Shown in pieces: positions 18,049 through 20,000 of a stretch of DNA of 20,000 nucleotides. The notes beneath the pieces are model-generated. The model searched no databases and was not told the DNA's origin. It saw nothing but the letters and a program-made list of their open reading frames with translations. Both the position numbers and the translations under genes were made by a program. Within the stretch, counting starts at the first letter, position 1, and the number at the start of each line of letters is the position of its first letter. The DNA is taken from the IMG/VR virus record IMGVR_UViG_3300017721_001070; one strand, 5' to 3'. Source of the DNA: an uncultured virus (IMG/VR IMGVR_UViG_3300017721_001070) (Duplodnaviria > Heunggongvirae > Uroviricota > Caudoviricetes > Kyanoviridae).

Positions 18049-18807
18049 TCAGATAACGCGAGTTTTTTCGTGACCAACCCTGATACGGGGATCACACCAA
18101 ATCTTATAATCTGCAGCAATTGCATCCAAACAGAAGGATACATCTTCACCGCACATGTCTTGAACTTCACCACTATCAAAGACTTGCATCTTCGGAGCAA
18201 ACCAAGGATACTTAATTTGTTCGTTCTCAAAGACTCCATGCTTGATTAGGATCCATCCGAAACCTGCATAATCAACTGTGAACGGTTTCTTACGATTCTG
18301 CATCGTGTCAAGTGTCTCATGATTCATAACCCCACCATTCTTGGCAAAGTCCTCTTCCTCTAGCCAGTGCGCCACAGAGGTGGTTCTTCCGTCTTCTGTG
18401 CAATACCAACCAGAAGCAATGTCTTCGTCCATCAGAACCAATTGATAGAACTTCTCAGTGTTGAATACAATATCACTATCAATCCATAATTGATAATCAT
18501 ACTGCAACTTTCCATCCCAGGGAATCTGATCAGGTCCCCTAAGGACATTCGCTCCAAGACACTTGCATCTTGCAAAGTTTACCATGGAGGAATAGTCTTG
18601 ACTAATCTGAATCGCTGCACCAGCTTGCACTAAATCAAAACAGAGTTGTACGAAGTTCTTTAGATACGTATAAGATACCCCTCGCCCAGGTAGACAGAAT
18701 ACTACTGTCTTACCTTTGACCATTTCTTTGGCTTTATCATAGTCCCATTCAGGAGCTGTGTTCTTCGCCGCAGGCGGTTTCGCCTTTACTGTAAATCCTT
18801 TTGCCAT
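18049..18807 (-). CDS. GT-A fold glycosyltransferase-like protein (252 aa)
   Basis: LWIDSDIVF (DxD motif), VDYAGFGWILIK, GEDVSFC and C-terminal D..IRVGHEK are typical of GT2-like nucleotide-sugar transferases. ATG at 18807, alternative GTG at 18810. Confidence 0.75.
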   Translation of the reverse strand: MAKGFTVKAKPPAAKNTAPEWDYDKAKEMVKGKTVVFCLPGRGVSYTYLKNFVQLCFDLVQAGAAIQISQDYSSMVNFARCKCLGANVLRGPDQIPWDGKLQYDYQLWIDSDIVFNTEKFYQLVLMDEDIASGWYCTEDGRTTSVAHWLEEEDFAKNGGVMNHETLDTMQNRKKPFTVDYAGFGWILIKHGVFENEQIKYPWFAPKMQVFDSGEVQDMCGEDVSFCLDAIAADYKIWCDPRIRVGHEKTRVI

Positions 18808-18830
18808 CACTCAGAATGCTGTACTTCAGT

Positions 18831-18860
18831 ATTGTAACTCATTATATATCAACTTGTCAA
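18831..18860 (-). promoter_or_regulatory. Sigma70-type promoter TTGACA-N18-TACAAT
   Basis: Perfect -35 at 18860-18855 and near-consensus -10 at 18836-18831, 23 nt upstream of the glycosyltransferase-like ATG. Confidence 0.7.
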
Positions 18861-19045
18861 TCGTCTATTTCACATTCCTCAGAAACTTCTAATACAATGT
18901 CGTTCCCATCACTATTCGCTATGAGACACGTACCATCATACCATCCCATATCATTCACCAAATACTCTGGAAGTAATATCATGAATTCGTGAGTTACTGG
19001 ATCAACCTCTACAGTCAAATAAACTGGCCCAGAATTTTTTTTCAT
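18857..19045 (-). CDS. Small acidic protein, possible AbrB/MazE/SpoVT-like swapped-hairpin fold (62 aa)
   Basis: MKKNSGPVYLTVEVDPVTHEFMILLPEYLVNDMGWYDGTCLIANSDGNDIVLEV...; the ILLP..L...MGW..G..L......IVL pattern fits AbrB-like domains. The ATG at 19045 is preferred over the upstream GTG extension. Confidence 0.65.
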   Translation of the reverse strand: MKKNSGPVYLTVEVDPVTHEFMILLPEYLVNDMGWYDGTCLIANSDGNDIVLEVSEECEIDD

Positions 19046-19186
19046 ATCGCTATTTTCATTCTTGGAATTATATATGGGGTAGAAGTTTTCCAAAAAGTAT
19101 ACAATGAAACATATAGAGTGCTTGGGTAACACTTTGTAGACTAGGGGTTCCTTTCGTTTTTATATACGGGGGGGCCATCACAATAT

Positions 19187-19212
19187 AACAAATAAGGGGC
19201 ACGATCGCCCCT
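19187..19212 (-). terminator. Rho-independent terminator ending the small early-gene cluster
   Basis: The minus strand reads AGGGGC-GATCGT-GCCCCT followed by TATTTGTT, 15 nt after the stop of the 19228-19413 ORF. Confidence 0.7.
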
Positions 19213-19227
19213 AACTGTCAATAACTG

Positions 19228-19413
19228 TTATTCAAATGTAGGGATCTTATCTAATGCTTCCTGCTGATACTTCTCAGAGAGTACACCTGCAAAGAATGAA
19301 GCTTCAGAGGGAAAGAGTTGACCTAACGTGGGTTGAATGTCTGTCTGAGTGTTACGCTCTACCCAGCGGATTGACTGGGTTGCGATGTCACTGCACATTG
19401 AGAAGACTGCCAT
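19228..19413 (-). CDS. Hypothetical early-type protein (61 aa)
   Basis: ATG preceded by an A/C-rich leader, co-oriented with the flanking small ORFs and followed by a terminator. Confidence 0.75.
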   Translation of the reverse strand: MAVFSMCSDIATQSIRWVERNTQTDIQPTLGQLFPSEASFFAGVLSEKYQQEALDKIPTFE

Positions 19414-19449
19414 TTGATTGTTAGTTAGTGTGTGTAGAGTTGGTGTTAC

Positions 19450-19578
19450 TTAGTAGTCGATGTTAGAGTTAATGAAGTTCTCAACGTTGAACTTCTCCTC
19501 CTCCTCTAGCTCACGAAGTTCAGGGATATCGAAGATCTCGCCTGGGGAATCCATGATTTCTGAAAGTAGGTCGTCCAT
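19450..19578 (-). CDS. Tiny highly acidic protein (42 aa), not in ORF track
   Basis: MDDLLSEIMDSPGEIFDIPELRELEEEEKFNVENFINSNIDY*. ATG at 19578, TAA at 19452-19450. It fills the gap between two genes and uses similar C-ending codons (TTC, AAC, ATC, GAC). Confidence 0.8.
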   Translation of the reverse strand: MDDLLSEIMDSPGEIFDIPELRELEEEEKFNVENFINSNIDY

Positions 19579-19603
19579 AGTGTTAGATAGGGTGAATGAA
19601 TGT

Positions 19604-19633
19604 TGAAGCGATTAGAGTTGATTAATCGCTTCA
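19604..19633. repeat. Perfect 11-bp intergenic inverted repeat (hairpin)
   Basis: TGAAGCGATTA (19604-19614), an 8-nt loop, then TAATCGCTTCA (19623-19633). Confidence 0.85.
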
Positions 19634-19644
19634 CTGTGTGAAAC

Positions 19645-19971
19645 TTAAGCGTACTCGCAGAAGGTGTAACCGTTCACAAAATCATGGGTGACTTTGTTGT
19701 CACGAACATACCACTGAAAATCCTTTTGAAAGACTCCATCAGTGTATGCATTGCAGAATTCGTTGATGATTGCATTCAGGCGTGATTTGGTCGTGGTAGA
19801 CTGCCAACCGCCATCAAATACGGTTACGAAATCATCGCCCACTTTAGCGATCTTGTTGCCATGGAGATACACAGTGGAGATGGTGCCTTCGGTGATCACT
19901 TGAGTGTTGGCGCTCTTCCAATTGGCATTGCTGCTGATGGCGGCGTTCATTTGGGATTCGATCTTACGCAT
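19645..19971 (-). CDS. Phage hypothetical early-type protein (108 aa, MRKIE...DGGWQS.TTKSRLNA type)
   Basis: Clean ORF. Motifs VYLHGNKIA, DGGWQSTTTKSRLNA and GVFQKDFQWYV resemble a phage family of unknown function that I recall. Confidence 0.85.
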   Translation of the reverse strand: MRKIESQMNAAISSNANWKSANTQVITEGTISTVYLHGNKIAKVGDDFVTVFDGGWQSTTTKSRLNAIINEFCNAYTDGVFQKDFQWYVRDNKVTHDFVNGYTFCEYA

Positions 19972-20000
19972 TTTGAAACTGAGTTGAATTGGTTTGTTTG

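Noticed and set aside
18039..18239. N-terminal extension of the 128-aa track ORF
   Set aside because: It overlaps the glycosyltransferase-like gene out of frame, and a good RBS supports the ATG at 18038.
17868..18992. Plus-strand ORFs 17868-18056 and 18801-18992
   Set aside because: They are antisense to better-supported minus-strand genes in a uniformly minus-strand region.
19046..19132. GTG-started extension making the 62-aa ORF 91 aa
   Set aside because: There is no RBS, the sequence is not protein-like, and it spans probable promoter elements.
19124..19199. Possible G-quadruplex from plus-strand G runs
   Set aside because: Most loops between G runs are about 17-21 nt, too long to support the call from sequence alone.
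19216..19221. TTGACA on the minus strand as a -35 box
   Set aside because: No -10 hexamer lies at 16-18 nt spacing; that position falls in the GC terminator stem.

Overview
The window is part of a T4-like cyanophage (cyanomyovirus-type) genome, with every supported gene on the minus strand. In transcription order (right to left) it holds: the end of a GC-richer cluster of tiny early-type genes (108, 42 and 61 aa) closed by an intrinsic terminator; a ~140-bp non-coding junction; a 62-aa AbrB/MazE-like ORF; a sigma70-type promoter; a GT-A glycosyltransferase-like gene; two small ORFs (61 aa and a very basic 49 aa); a 2OG-Fe(II) oxygenase; a 222-aa hypothetical; and the baseplate module gp25, gp6 and a giant gp7/VrlC-like structural protein. 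The giant ORF is missing from the supplied ORF track because it has no stop in the window. It starts at 14165 and runs past position 1 (>4,720 aa). It is a mosaic of gp7 motifs, H-G-F-x-T-G beta repeats, a YHYH-like domain and a nested His/Cys repeat array with exact 141-nt periodicity. Short ORFs listed within 1-14160 are shadow ORFs of this gene. I see no CRISPR array, tRNA, rRNA or mobile element. I cannot establish a new system from the sequence alone. The best leads are the repeat array, the unannotated microproteins and the non-coding junction.
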